Shown piece by piece: positions 35,355 to 44,333 of a stretch of 64,000 bases of DNA. Below the pieces are notes generated by a model. The model ran no database searches. It saw only the letters and a program-made list of their open reading frames with translations, and was not told the DNA's origin. Made by a program: the position numbers and the translations under genes. This stretch comes from a virus (lineage: Duplodnaviria; Caudoviricetes). Position 1 is the stretch's first letter, and the number at the start of each line of letters is the position of its first letter. The stretch lies in IMG/VR virus record IMGVR_UViG_2867134129_000001, positions 1-64,000 of that record; one strand, given 5' to 3'.

Positions 35355-35875
35355 GAGGGGTTCCCTTGTTTCTGCCGTTCGCGGAGTTCGTCGAGCAGCG
35401 ACGGGTTGACGATCCTGACGATGGTCTCGATGTCACGGTCTTCGGCGGCGGGCCGCAGGATGTCCCGGGCCGCCCGGTACTTCGCGGCCAGCCGGGTGCG
35501 CTGCTCCTCGGACAGCTGTGCTGCCCGGTCGGGGTGGCTGTTGTGCGCGTTGTCCGCGATCTTGAGGAGGACCGCGTCACGCCCTTGCCCGGCGATGCGG
35601 GCGATCTTCTCCTCGTAGGGGACGCCCCGCTCGTTCGTGACCGCCTCGACAAGCGCGACGACGTAGTCCGGGACGCCAGCTCCACGCAGCTGGTCTGCGG
35701 TCCAGTCGGTGTCCTCGGTGACGTCATGCAGCAGCCCCGCCATCACCAGCTCGTCCCCGAACGGGGCCAGCCCGGCAGCCACGGCACGCACGTGCTCGAT
35801 GTACGGGACGCCAATCTTGTCGAACTGGCTGGCGTGCACGGCGGTAGCGAGAACGTCCACCTCGGCGACGTTCAT
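35351..35875 (-). CDS. HD-domain hydrolase, RelA/SpoT small alarmone hydrolase-like
   Basis: HASQFDKIGVPYIEH, AGLLHDVTEDT, LKIADNAHN. Confidence 0.85.
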   Translation of the reverse strand: MNVAEVDVLATAVHASQFDKIGVPYIEHVRAVAAGLAPFGDELVMAGLLHDVTEDTDWTADQLRGAGVPDYVVALVEAVTNERGVPYEEKIARIAGQGRDAVLLKIADNAHNSHPDRAAQLSEEQRTRLAAKYRAARDILRPAAEDRDIETIVRIVNPSLLDELRERQKQGNPS

Positions 35876-36135
35876 GAGGCGTCTCCTTCGGGCTTGAGCT
35901 TGCCGACGGTGGGTGGGCGAAGGCGTTCGACACCGAGGTCGCGGGCCATGCGTCGAAAGACCTCCGGGGTGAGCCCGGTGGCTTTGGCGAGCTGACCAAC
36001 GGTGGCACCGGCCTTGAGTTCGTTGGCGGCGTGTTCGCGCATGGCGGGCTTGAGTTCCCGCTCGCCTTCGTAGTGCTCCTTGTACTGGGCGAAGACGTCG
36101 GCTGCGTCTGGGCTGGGTCGGTAGTCGGTGGCCAT
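35872..36135 (-). CDS. Small HTH repressor (leaderless)
   Basis: GATVGQLAKATGLTPEVFRRMAR; CAAAAT -10 lies 6 nt before the ATG. Confidence 0.75.
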   Translation of the reverse strand: MATDYRPSPDAADVFAQYKEHYEGERELKPAMREHAANELKAGATVGQLAKATGLTPEVFRRMARDLGVERLRPPTVGKLKPEGDAS

Positions 36136-36155
36136 GCCCTCATTTTGACACACGA

Positions 36156-36230
36156 GTAGCCCTACGGTAAGGCCAACCGTATGCCCTGCACGTAGCCCTA
36201 TTGACAGGGCTACGCGTAGGGCTACATGAT
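36156..36230. promoter_or_regulatory. Strong promoter covered by GTAGCCCTA(C) operator repeats
   Basis: TTGACA(36201)-18-CATGAT(36225); GTAGCCCTAC 36156, GTAGCCCTA 36192, inverted AGGGCTAC 36206 and GTAGGGCTAC 36216. Confidence 0.8.
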
Positions 36231-36272
36231 GGAGTCATCGCCAAGCCGCACAGCACCACCCGAGGGGGACCC

Positions 36273-36677
36273 GTGATCGCCAGCAACCGCACCCGCCGCG
36301 CCGCACTTCGCACCATCGCCCGCATCCACCAGGCCGCCCGCCGGGTCAGCAAGGCCCTCGCCTACCGCACCCGCTCCGGCCTCATCGCCGCCGCCGTCGA
36401 CCAGGGCACCCTCATCCGCACCGGCGACCTCCTCGACCGGCTCGGCGCCGACCTGAAGGACGGGCAGCGCTCCTGGTACGGCCGGCACACCGCCAAGGCA
36501 TACCGGGCCGCCCACCTTGGTGCCGACGCCGTCAAGGTGTGGGCGCAGCACCGCACCACCGGCAAGTGGATCCACGTCCACGTCTACGCCCCGACCGACC
36601 CCGCCCTGTACGCCGCGCTCACCGCCTACAAGGCCACCCGGTACCTCTCCCAGGCCGACTTCGCGGAGGTCGCCTAG
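36273..36677 (+). CDS. Basic hypothetical protein
   Basis: GAGGGG RBS before GTG; first gene after the operator array. Confidence 0.65.
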   Translation: MIASNRTRRAALRTIARIHQAARRVSKALAYRTRSGLIAAAVDQGTLIRTGDLLDRLGADLKDGQRSWYGRHTAKAYRAAHLGADAVKVWAQHRTTGKWIHVHVYAPTDPALYAALTAYKATRYLSQADFAEVA

Positions 36678-36734
36678 ACCAACTTCACGGCGCACCAGGC
36701 AACCATCACCGGCAACCCGAGCAGGGAGCACCAC

Positions 36735-37232
36735 GTGATCGACACCCTCGGCTTCCACACCGACAACGACCTCCACGCCGAACTCGCCACCATCAACCGC
36801 GAGATCACCGCCCTCGTCGGCCGCCTCGACATCGGGAACTTTTACTCCTGGGAGGCCCGATACAACACCGAGTCCCAGCTCGCCAACCTTCAGGGCCGGG
36901 CGAACCAGCTCTCCGCCGAGATCGCAGTGGCCGACGCGGACACCGACAGGCTCCTCGCCGCGATCCGCCTCGTCGGCGACGTCGACCTCGGGTTCATCGC
37001 CTACGTCGTCTACGGGCCGGCCGTGCTGCCCGTCCCGCCGCTGCACGAGGTACGCCTGATCGAGCGTGAAGGTGGCTACACCGTCCCCGGCACCGTCCGT
37101 CGCCGTGTGCCGGCCGACCAGGTCGCGGCGGTGGAGCGGGAGCTGCTGACCGGTGTGATTGCCCCGGGCGGTCACGCCCGCATCTGGGGGCGGACGATCC
37201 GCTCCTACCGCATCCAGGTCACCGCGTACTGA
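36735..37232 (+). CDS. Hypothetical protein
   Basis: GGGAG RBS; strong GC3 bias. Confidence 0.65.
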   Translation: MIDTLGFHTDNDLHAELATINREITALVGRLDIGNFYSWEARYNTESQLANLQGRANQLSAEIAVADADTDRLLAAIRLVGDVDLGFIAYVVYGPAVLPVPPLHEVRLIEREGGYTVPGTVRRRVPADQVAAVERELLTGVIAPGGHARIWGRTIRSYRIQVTAY

Positions 37233-37302
37233 CCACGCCCACCGGCCCGCCGCTGCCCATCCTGCGGCGGGCCGACCCCGCCCTGTCTCCGGAAGGACCC
37301 CG

Positions 37303-37665
37303 ATGAAGAAGTCCGCGAAGATCAACGGCCGTGCCACGATCACCCCGCCCGTCAGCCCGTACTGGACAACGGCGGACTACGCGCACGAGACGGACGTCCT
37401 CCGCACCGAGGTGTGGCCCGCCGTGCAGAAGTTCCTTGCCGAGAACTGGCCGGGCTTCTCCGCCGCGTTTACGGCCGACGACATCGTGCTGTGCACGCTC
37501 TGCTGGTCGGAGTTCGAGGCGCTGACCGCCGACGAGGCGGCCGACCTCTCGACTCGCACGGACGAGCACAGCATCGAGGGCGAGCCGACGTGCTGCCGGG
37601 CCGCGCTCGACGAGTTCCGCACCGAGCGCGGCATCCCCGCCGCACAGCGGGGCGGTGCCCGATGA
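37303..37665 (+). CDS. Hypothetical protein
   Basis: GGAAGGA RBS; CTLC..PTCC. Confidence 0.65.
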   Translation: MKKSAKINGRATITPPVSPYWTTADYAHETDVLRTEVWPAVQKFLAENWPGFSAAFTADDIVLCTLCWSEFEALTADEAADLSTRTDEHSIEGEPTCCRAALDEFRTERGIPAAQRGGAR

Positions 37666-38219
37666 CCGACACCCCGATGACCCCGGAGCGCGAGCGCACC
37701 ATCCGGATCTGGCACGAGGAACTGCACGGCCTGACGGATCGCACCGCCGTAGCGCGACGCGAAGCCCTTGGAGACCTGCTGGCCGAGGTCGACCGACTCC
37801 GTGGAGAGCTGTCCGACGCGACGGCCGAGCTGGCGGAGAACGCACGAGCCATGAACGTGCTCTGCCGCCACCGGGAGACCGCCGAGGCCCGGGTTGCCGA
37901 GCTGGAGGCGTTGAAGCCGGCCCGGTTCCAGGACTGCCAGGCATGCGGGGCCAGCTACGAGTACGGACACCCGTGCTCGGCCTGCGAGTTCAAGAAGCAG
38001 ATGGCCGACGTGCAGGCCGGGATCAGGGACGCCTTGCCCTGCGCCCTCTCCCCGGAACAGGCGCGCCGTATCGAGCAGGAGCGCCCGGAGACGAACACCG
38101 CCCACGACTGCAACCTCCCGCTGGTCCGCCGCCTCGACTGCGGCCACTGCCCGCACGAGATCTGCCAGGACTGCGACCGGAGCCCGCACACCTGCCGGTG
38201 CGCCGAGGGGGGCACGTGA
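37662..38219 (+). CDS. Coiled-coil / Cys-rich phage protein
   Basis: ATGA-coupled; LLAEVDRLR motif. Confidence 0.65.
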   Translation: MTDTPMTPERERTIRIWHEELHGLTDRTAVARREALGDLLAEVDRLRGELSDATAELAENARAMNVLCRHRETAEARVAELEALKPARFQDCQACGASYEYGHPCSACEFKKQMADVQAGIRDALPCALSPEQARRIEQERPETNTAHDCNLPLVRRLDCGHCPHEICQDCDRSPHTCRCAEGGT

Positions 38220-38656
38220 AGGTCATCCGTCACCAGACCGCCCCGAACCCGGACGGGTGCCGGTGGTGCGGCTACGACAACCCGCACGGCTGGCAGTACC
38301 TGCCCGGCAAGGGCGGCCACCAGTGGGAGCAGCCCACCAACGCCCAACGCCTCGCCCGCATGAGGGCCCGGCGTGCAGCCCGGAAGGCCGTGTGCCGCTG
38401 CCCGCAGGGCGACTACCTGACGCCGTTCGCCCCGGTCTTCGACCCGTATGCGTGCGAGGCCGACGACTGCACCCACGCCTTCTCCGAGCTGAACCCTTTC
38501 GGGTCGGGCGCACGGTCGGTCAACGTCGCCAGTGCCGAGGTCTCCCGGAAGTGCGGCATGTGCGGATGGACCACGTCGGTGTGGCACGTCAACGACGGGT
38601 CGGCCGAGCAGGAGCTGTACCGCCACATCGCCCGCGAACACGGCGGCACCCCGTGA
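38216..38656 (+). CDS. Cys/His-rich phage protein
   Basis: GTGA-coupled; PDGCRWCG..H..WEQPTNAQRLARM. Confidence 0.65.
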   Translation: MKVIRHQTAPNPDGCRWCGYDNPHGWQYLPGKGGHQWEQPTNAQRLARMRARRAARKAVCRCPQGDYLTPFAPVFDPYACEADDCTHAFSELNPFGSGARSVNVASAEVSRKCGMCGWTTSVWHVNDGSAEQELYRHIAREHGGTP

Positions 38657-38773
38657 CCCCGCCGCCTGCCCCGGCCCCGTTGCCGCCGTGGGAGGACACC
38701 GCACGCGAAGTCGCCCGCCGTGACCGCGAATGGTTCGAGCGGGACTATGACAACGACAACGAGGAGTAGACCG

Positions 38774-38989
38774 ATGGCGAAGACGCAGAACTACTTCTGG
38801 TTCATGACCATCCAGACCCCCAACGGCGCAGGCTTCCTGATCAGCTCTTACCAAGGGCAGATGCCGCTTGTGTCGGGCACGACGCGGCTGGGCTTCTTCA
38901 ACGAGATCCGGGAAGAGATCGCCCGGCGCAACCCACTGGCGCAAGGAGGGTGCGTCATCGCCTTCGACATCCAGCCCAACAACCTCTGA
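38774..38989 (+). CDS. Small hypothetical protein
   Basis: GAGGAG RBS; ends VIAFDIQPNNL. Confidence 0.65.
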   Translation: MAKTQNYFWFMTIQTPNGAGFLISSYQGQMPLVSGTTRLGFFNEIREEIARRNPLAQGGCVIAFDIQPNNL

Positions 38990-39043
38990 CCGCCTCTGGG
39001 CTGCTTGTGTACGGCACGGCGGCCCACAACCCGAAGGAGCATC

Positions 39044-39289
39044 ATGCTCGCCGTTTCTGAACGCGTCTCTGGCCTCAACGGCACCCCCGACCAGACCGTC
39101 TGGCACAAGCCCGTCGGCCGCATCGTTGACGAATGGCAGAACATCGCCTGCAGCACCACCGAAGGAATCCTCAGCCCACGGGCCAAGGAAGACGTTCCGA
39201 TCCGGCTGGACAGGGAGAACGAGGCGTGGTGCACCGACTGCCTCAACCTCCACCGGGAGCAGCGCGCCACCCAGGAGCCCCCGCGATGA
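39044..39289 (+). CDS. Small hypothetical protein
   Basis: AAGGAG RBS. Confidence 0.6.
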   Translation: MLAVSERVSGLNGTPDQTVWHKPVGRIVDEWQNIACSTTEGILSPRAKEDVPIRLDRENEAWCTDCLNLHREQRATQEPPR

Positions 39290-39546
39290 TCCAGCCCGGA
39301 CAGACCTACCGCAGCCTCAGCAACCGCCACCACCCCGCCGACGGGCCCACCCGCATCCGGATCACCAGGGCACCGCTCGGCACCGCCGACCTGGACGGCA
39401 TGCGGAAAGTGCAGGTCGTCACTCTCACTTGGGACGGGCGCGAGATCCGCCCTCGCTGGATGCGGGCCGACCGGCTCCACGCCACGGCCACCACCCGCGA
39501 CGGGACACCCCGCCGTGCCGGATATGTACTGGAGCACCAGTCATGA
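39286..39546 (+). CDS. Small hypothetical protein, paralogue A
   Basis: IQPGQTYRS...LHATATTRDGTPRRAGYVLE. Confidence 0.65.
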   Translation: MIQPGQTYRSLSNRHHPADGPTRIRITRAPLGTADLDGMRKVQVVTLTWDGREIRPRWMRADRLHATATTRDGTPRRAGYVLEHQS

Positions 39547-39764
39547 CCATTCAACCTGGACAGATCTACCGGTCCGCAGACCCCCGCGACACCCACCGTG
39601 AGCCCATCCGCATCACCGCCTACGACGGCACCAACCGGGCCGACGTTGTCGACGCCTACAGCGGCAAGAAGCCCCGCTCCATCCTCATCAACAGCCTCCA
39701 CACCAGCCCGACCACGAAAAGCGGGACACCCCGCCGCACCGGATACGTCCTGGAGGACACGTGA
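39543..39764 (+). CDS. Small hypothetical protein, paralogue B
   Basis: IQPGQIYRS...LHTSPTTKSGTPRRTGYVLE. Confidence 0.65.
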   Translation: MTIQPGQIYRSADPRDTHREPIRITAYDGTNRADVVDAYSGKKPRSILINSLHTSPTTKSGTPRRTGYVLEDT

Positions 39765-40000
39765 CGATCACTCGCTACGCCTGGTGCTTCCACCACGGCG
39801 TGATCCACACCTTCCGTGAAGGCGATACCCCCTGGTGCACCGCCACCTGGATCGCCTTCACCGCTACCACCAGAACCGACGCCCTGGCCGCCAAGCATGC
39901 CGCCTACGGCGACGCCCGGTTCCTCGACGAACTCCCCGTCGAGAAGCAGGTCGAGGTCATCGAGATCTCAGATGCCCGAACTGGGGGGCCGCCCCGATAG
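39761..40000 (+). CDS. Small hypothetical protein
   Basis: GGAGG RBS, GTGA-coupled. Confidence 0.6.
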   Translation: MTITRYAWCFHHGVIHTFREGDTPWCTATWIAFTATTRTDALAAKHAAYGDARFLDELPVEKQVEVIEISDARTGGPPR

Positions 40001-40015
40001 CGCCAACCCCCACCC

Positions 40016-40046
40016 TGGGCCCGTCCTGAACCATCAGGCGGGCCCA
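40016..40046. terminator. Hairpin between the convergent operon and the portal gene
   Basis: tgggcccgtcctga-acca-tcaggcgggccca. Confidence 0.6.
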
Positions 40047-40070
40047 AGGCGTTGAGACAGCTCGCCGCCG

Positions 40071-41762
40071 CTAAGCCGCCAACTCGGGCCGCGAAGCCCC
40101 GCCCGCTGGCTCCTCCTCGACCTCCTGGCCCTCATCGAAGCCCGGCTCAACGTCGTCGTCCGGCTCCACCTCCTCGGGCTCCTCGACGCCGCCCGTGTTG
40201 AACGGATCCCCAGCCGGAATCTGCTGCGCCTTGTCGTCCCGAATCCGCCGCACCTCCGCCAAGACCTCCGGCTCGTCCAGCTCAGGGCTCCGCATCTTCA
40301 CCTTCATGTACGTGCTGATCGCCCCCGCCGACTCCAGCAGCGACAGCGAGCGCGCCGTCGCCTCCGGATCCGGCTGCACCGCCTGAGGCCACGACGCCGT
40401 CAACTCCGCCGCCGGGTCCACGCCCTTCGCCCCGCAGTGCGTCACGTCGACCATCGTCAGAGTCGTCAGATGCTCCAGCAGCGCCGGCCGCTGGTAGAGG
40501 ATCTTCAAGCCCCGGGTCGTGAGGCTCTCCTCCTTCCGGGCCGCTACCTCCGTAGCCGTCACCGCCACCGCCCCCTCCTCGCCATACGACTGGGCGGAGT
40601 AGCCGGCCGACGCAAGGATTTGACGACGCAACGCCTTCGCAGTCCGCTCATGGTCATCAACACGGATCGCGAACTGAATCTCGGTGATCGAGTCCTTCAG
40701 AGAAGACTCGTCGCCCAGGAACCCGCTCACCGACACGAACAGCTCCCTATCCAGGTCGAACGAGGAACCACCACCCGGACCGCTGGTGTCGAGCATCTCC
40801 TGTGGCACCACCACCCGGGCCTTCCCCAGACGTAGGTCCCGCATCCAGGACGACCACGTCTCATCGAGCCCATCCATCATCGGCTCAATGCCCGCGAAGT
40901 CGGAGCGCCCCAGCGGGGCCGTGTCCGGCACCCCGTCCCACACACGGTTCGGGAGGACGTTCGGCAGGTGCGTGATCAGCAGCCGGTCTATGCCCGTCGC
41001 CTGACGCCCCCGGCTGTCAGTGCGACTCGCCAGGAACTCGGACTCATGGTGGTCCGAGAACTCCATCAGCATGCCGAGCGTCGCGTGATCGCCCTTGTAC
41101 ACCCCGTACTCGATCAACCCAGGAGTGTGGTACTCCAAAAGCCGCCACACCCCACCAGCGTCATCCAGCGGCTCCAGCTCCCGCCACACCGTCGCCGCCG
41201 CCAGCATGCCCCACCGCCACTCGGGAACCACGGCGTTCGCGAGGATCACGTCCGACCACGGGCGCGGGCGCAGCGTCGTGTCCCACACAGCCCGCAGATA
41301 CACGTTGGACAGCCCGGCCGTCAGCTCGGCCGCCTCCCTCATCTTCGCGTGGCCCCTGTCGTCCAGGTACCGGCCGATCTGCGCCTGCGTCGACGCGGCC
41401 GTGGCCTTGTCCGTCGAGTCCACGTCGACCGTCACCGTGGGAACGTCCGACCACAGCAGGTTCGCGGACATCTCCGCAATGTCCCCGCCGATCGGGATAT
41501 GGAGTTTCGCCGCCTGCTGCCCCGGCGACGGATCCTGCCCCCAGAACATGCGCAGCTCATCACCACCGGTCGCGCGCCGCTTGTCGACGTCGAAGAACGC
41601 GCGCGCGATGCCGTTCCGGGTGTAGCTGGCCGGCCCGCCGTACACCTGCGCCAAATGTCCGGTGTCGCCCGCGTACCAGGCCCGCCACATGTCCATGTCG
41701 GCGTGCGGGATATTCAGCTTCGGCGGAGGCCAAGGGGTGTTCCCAGACGGAGGCAGCGGCAT
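40071..41762 (-). CDS. Phage portal protein (SPP1 gp6/A118-like)
   Basis: KLHIPI, LGRSDF, LDETWSSWMRDLRLGKAR, TATEV; directly downstream of TerL. Confidence 0.88.
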   Translation of the reverse strand: MPLPPSGNTPWPPPKLNIPHADMDMWRAWYAGDTGHLAQVYGGPASYTRNGIARAFFDVDKRRATGGDELRMFWGQDPSPGQQAAKLHIPIGGDIAEMSANLLWSDVPTVTVDVDSTDKATAASTQAQIGRYLDDRGHAKMREAAELTAGLSNVYLRAVWDTTLRPRPWSDVILANAVVPEWRWGMLAAATVWRELEPLDDAGGVWRLLEYHTPGLIEYGVYKGDHATLGMLMEFSDHHESEFLASRTDSRGRQATGIDRLLITHLPNVLPNRVWDGVPDTAPLGRSDFAGIEPMMDGLDETWSSWMRDLRLGKARVVVPQEMLDTSGPGGGSSFDLDRELFVSVSGFLGDESSLKDSITEIQFAIRVDDHERTAKALRRQILASAGYSAQSYGEEGAVAVTATEVAARKEESLTTRGLKILYQRPALLEHLTTLTMVDVTHCGAKGVDPAAELTASWPQAVQPDPEATARSLSLLESAGAISTYMKVKMRSPELDEPEVLAEVRRIRDDKAQQIPAGDPFNTGGVEEPEEVEPDDDVEPGFDEGQEVEEEPAGGASRPELAA

Positions 41763-41777
41763 GACAGATCCTTTCGG

Positions 41778-43040
41778 TCAGGCGGCCAGGGCGAGCTGGC
41801 GCTGCCACAGGGCACGGGTCGTGAATAGGGCATAGCGGGCCGAGTCGATTCCATGATCGGCAACCTTGATCGGGCGGTCCTCGCCCTTCTCGGCCGCCTT
41901 GTCGTCCCAGGCGTAGCCGGGCATCTCGCCGATCAGGGCCCTGCACGATGCGTGGACGAGGAGCCTCCCGGATGCCAAGAGGCTTGCCATCGTGCGGATG
42001 CCGTCCAAGACGTCGTTCTTCGCTGGCGTCGGCGTCAGCTTGTCCCGGCGCAGCTGCGCACTGAAGCTCGCCGCGGACGGGTCCACCGTCACGAACTGCG
42101 GACGCACCGGACCAATCCCCGGCACGTCACCAAGCCAGCCACGCATCCGCTCCGAGTACTCGGCATCCGTCAACTGGCGGCGCTGGTGCCGTCCGTCGTA
42201 CCGCCACTCCGACGCCACATACAGGCGCCGATCCGTTCCCAGCCCCAGCAGCGTCGCGTGGAACGGGTTACTCGTTCCATAGTCAACGCCCACAGAGAGC
42301 CAGCGATGCATTCGCGGCAGGGCGTCGACAACATGGCGTTCGTCATCCCACATATCGAATACGGCACCCTCGGCGGCAATCCACTTGCCCTCGATAAACC
42401 GCTTAAAGAAGAGCGTGCCTTCCCCGTACTCAGCCTTAATCGACTCCGTGTATTCGAGAGTGAGAGACGGGTTGTCGTCGAGTGTGAAGTGCCAGTGCCC
42501 GATGCCCAGCTCAAGAGCTCGATCGATGAAGTCGCGCTTCAACCAGTGCGCAGAGCTATCAGGGTTCGTTGTGCCAAGCAGGCGGGCGCCCGGCACAGAG
42601 AGCCGGCCGAGGAGCTGCTTGAAGAACGCCTCCGGAAGGAGAGTGATCTCGTCCGCCACGGCCAGGCACACGCTGGCCCCACGTAGCCTCCCCTCTGCCC
42701 GGGCATCCGATGCGCCAATGAGGTGCACGGTGCGCCCCAGGATGACCGCAGTCGTCGACCCTCTGGTGTGAACCACCTGTAGGGACAGCGCTCCAAAAAT
42801 TGCGGGGTCCTGGAGCGGCTCAATAAGGTTCCGCTCGATCGTCTGAAGCGATCGGCCCGCAATGATCACAAGGCCCGTAGACGGAGCCACAGAAAGAGCA
42901 ATCAGGAAGGCGACCAGGGAGGCGATCGTCTTACCTGAACGAATCGCCCCCGACCAGATCGCAATCCGGTGCCGTGCAGACTGTGCAATAGAGCGCAGCT
43001 GCTTACGCGACATCGGAAGCGACGACAGGTTCACGACCAC
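41778..43040 (-). CDS. terL: Terminase large subunit (PBSX-like)
   Basis: Walker A SGAIRSGKT, AVADE, TTNPD, GVDYGTSNP, VDPSA, DHGIDSARY. Confidence 0.95.
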   Translation of the reverse strand: MVVNLSSLPMSRKQLRSIAQSARHRIAIWSGAIRSGKTIASLVAFLIALSVAPSTGLVIIAGRSLQTIERNLIEPLQDPAIFGALSLQVVHTRGSTTAVILGRTVHLIGASDARAEGRLRGASVCLAVADEITLLPEAFFKQLLGRLSVPGARLLGTTNPDSSAHWLKRDFIDRALELGIGHWHFTLDDNPSLTLEYTESIKAEYGEGTLFFKRFIEGKWIAAEGAVFDMWDDERHVVDALPRMHRWLSVGVDYGTSNPFHATLLGLGTDRRLYVASEWRYDGRHQRRQLTDAEYSERMRGWLGDVPGIGPVRPQFVTVDPSAASFSAQLRRDKLTPTPAKNDVLDGIRTMASLLASGRLLVHASCRALIGEMPGYAWDDKAAEKGEDRPIKVADHGIDSARYALFTTRALWQRQLALAA

Positions 43041-44208
43041 CTCCGCTCACCAACTGGAACCAGGTTCCACAGCGGGCCCACTTGGACTTGTTGCAGGCCT
43101 CGCAGGCTCGCACCAAGTTCCACCAGTGATCCGTGCCCCCCTTGGCGAGAGGGAAGAAGTGGTCAACGCTTACGGCTTCCCTCCCACAGTAGAAGCACGG
43201 GTCGTTTGCAATGGCGCGACGATAGTCAGCAGACAAGGCTCGATCGAGAGCGTCCATGTTCGCGTCCACGCGTTGGCGACGGCGATGCGTCCTTGCGTAG
43301 TACTCCTCGCGGTTAGCGAGGTAGTGCTCCCGCATCCGGGCGTTGCGCTCAGCTCTGTTATTCAGGTGGTACGCCGCAGCCCAGTGGCGTTGGCACAACC
43401 CCTTCCTCTCGGACCCGAGTTCGCACCCGTTGTGGCTGCAAGTCAAGGACTGTTGTGGGGTCCAGATTCGAAGCACCGTGCGAGGGTCGCCGTGTCTCTT
43501 CCAGCGCGTGTAGTGCGTGGTGCACATCTCGCGCCGGTCGACCTGCTTGCCGCAGCCATCCACTGTGCATCCGCGATCCGCATGGACTGCCTTGACCGGG
43601 TCTGCGGTGCTGCCGGTCCTTCGGAGTCGCATGTAGTGCTTCCGGCAGAGTCCCTTCCCGACTGTCAGTTCGGACCCACAGTCGTCTACGGTGCAGACCG
43701 CAGGCTGGCGCTCGGGCTCCCAGAGCGGATCACCGTGCGCCGCCCAGCGCTGGTAGTGCATTCCACACCAACCGCGCTTCAGGTTGTCGCCGCGGTCGCA
43801 GCCATGCACTTGGCACTCGGTCGTAACGCCGCGGGCCTCGATGGGGATGTCGGCACGCACATCTCCGTAGGTCCGGACGCGGGCGTAATGCGCTGCACAC
43901 AGGCCGCGGACGAGTCGACCGCCCTTTGAGCAGGTGTCGACTCGGCAGCTTGCGCTGCTTGCCGACCTAGCTGGGAGGTCAAGAGAGCCGTGGAGGCGCA
44001 TCCGCCGGTAGTGCATGTGGCACCAACCGTGACCACCCTTTGCGGGGGTCGAACAGTCTTCGACTGAACACTTCAGGTCGGAAGCCTTGACGTGGACCGG
44101 GAGATCGGTGCCCCCGTATTTCTTCACGCGCTGGTAGTGCATCGTGCACAGGTTTCGGGCACGGGCGGGCTTGGCGCATTCGGGCACGTCGCAGGTACGC
44201 TTGGTCAT
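43003..44208 (-). CDS. HNH homing endonuclease with 7 tandem zinc-finger repeats
   Basis: Seven Cx4C..[LWM]Cx2H[YW] repeats; CFYCG..VDHFFPLAKGG..NLVRACEACNKSK. Confidence 0.88.
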   Translation of the reverse strand: MTKRTCDVPECAKPARARNLCTMHYQRVKKYGGTDLPVHVKASDLKCSVEDCSTPAKGGHGWCHMHYRRMRLHGSLDLPARSASSASCRVDTCSKGGRLVRGLCAAHYARVRTYGDVRADIPIEARGVTTECQVHGCDRGDNLKRGWCGMHYQRWAAHGDPLWEPERQPAVCTVDDCGSELTVGKGLCRKHYMRLRRTGSTADPVKAVHADRGCTVDGCGKQVDRREMCTTHYTRWKRHGDPRTVLRIWTPQQSLTCSHNGCELGSERKGLCQRHWAAAYHLNNRAERNARMREHYLANREEYYARTHRRRQRVDANMDALDRALSADYRRAIANDPCFYCGREAVSVDHFFPLAKGGTDHWWNLVRACEACNKSKWARCGTWFQLVSGGGREPVVASDVA

Positions 44209-44237
44209 GTCGGCACTCCTCGTAAGTGTCGGCCGCG

Positions 44238-44296
44238 CCCCCGGACGGTTCCAGCCGTCGCGGGGGTCCTGTATGTAGCTTGACCTGCTAATTCTA
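44238..44296 (-). promoter_or_regulatory. Own promoter and leader hairpin of the HNH gene
   Basis: TAGAAT -10 (44291-44296) in an AT-rich patch; hairpin cccccgcgacggctggaaccgtccggggg. Confidence 0.55.
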
Positions 44297-44333
44297 CCAA
44301 TTTTGGGGCGACTTGGGGCTGTCGCGAGCCTCG

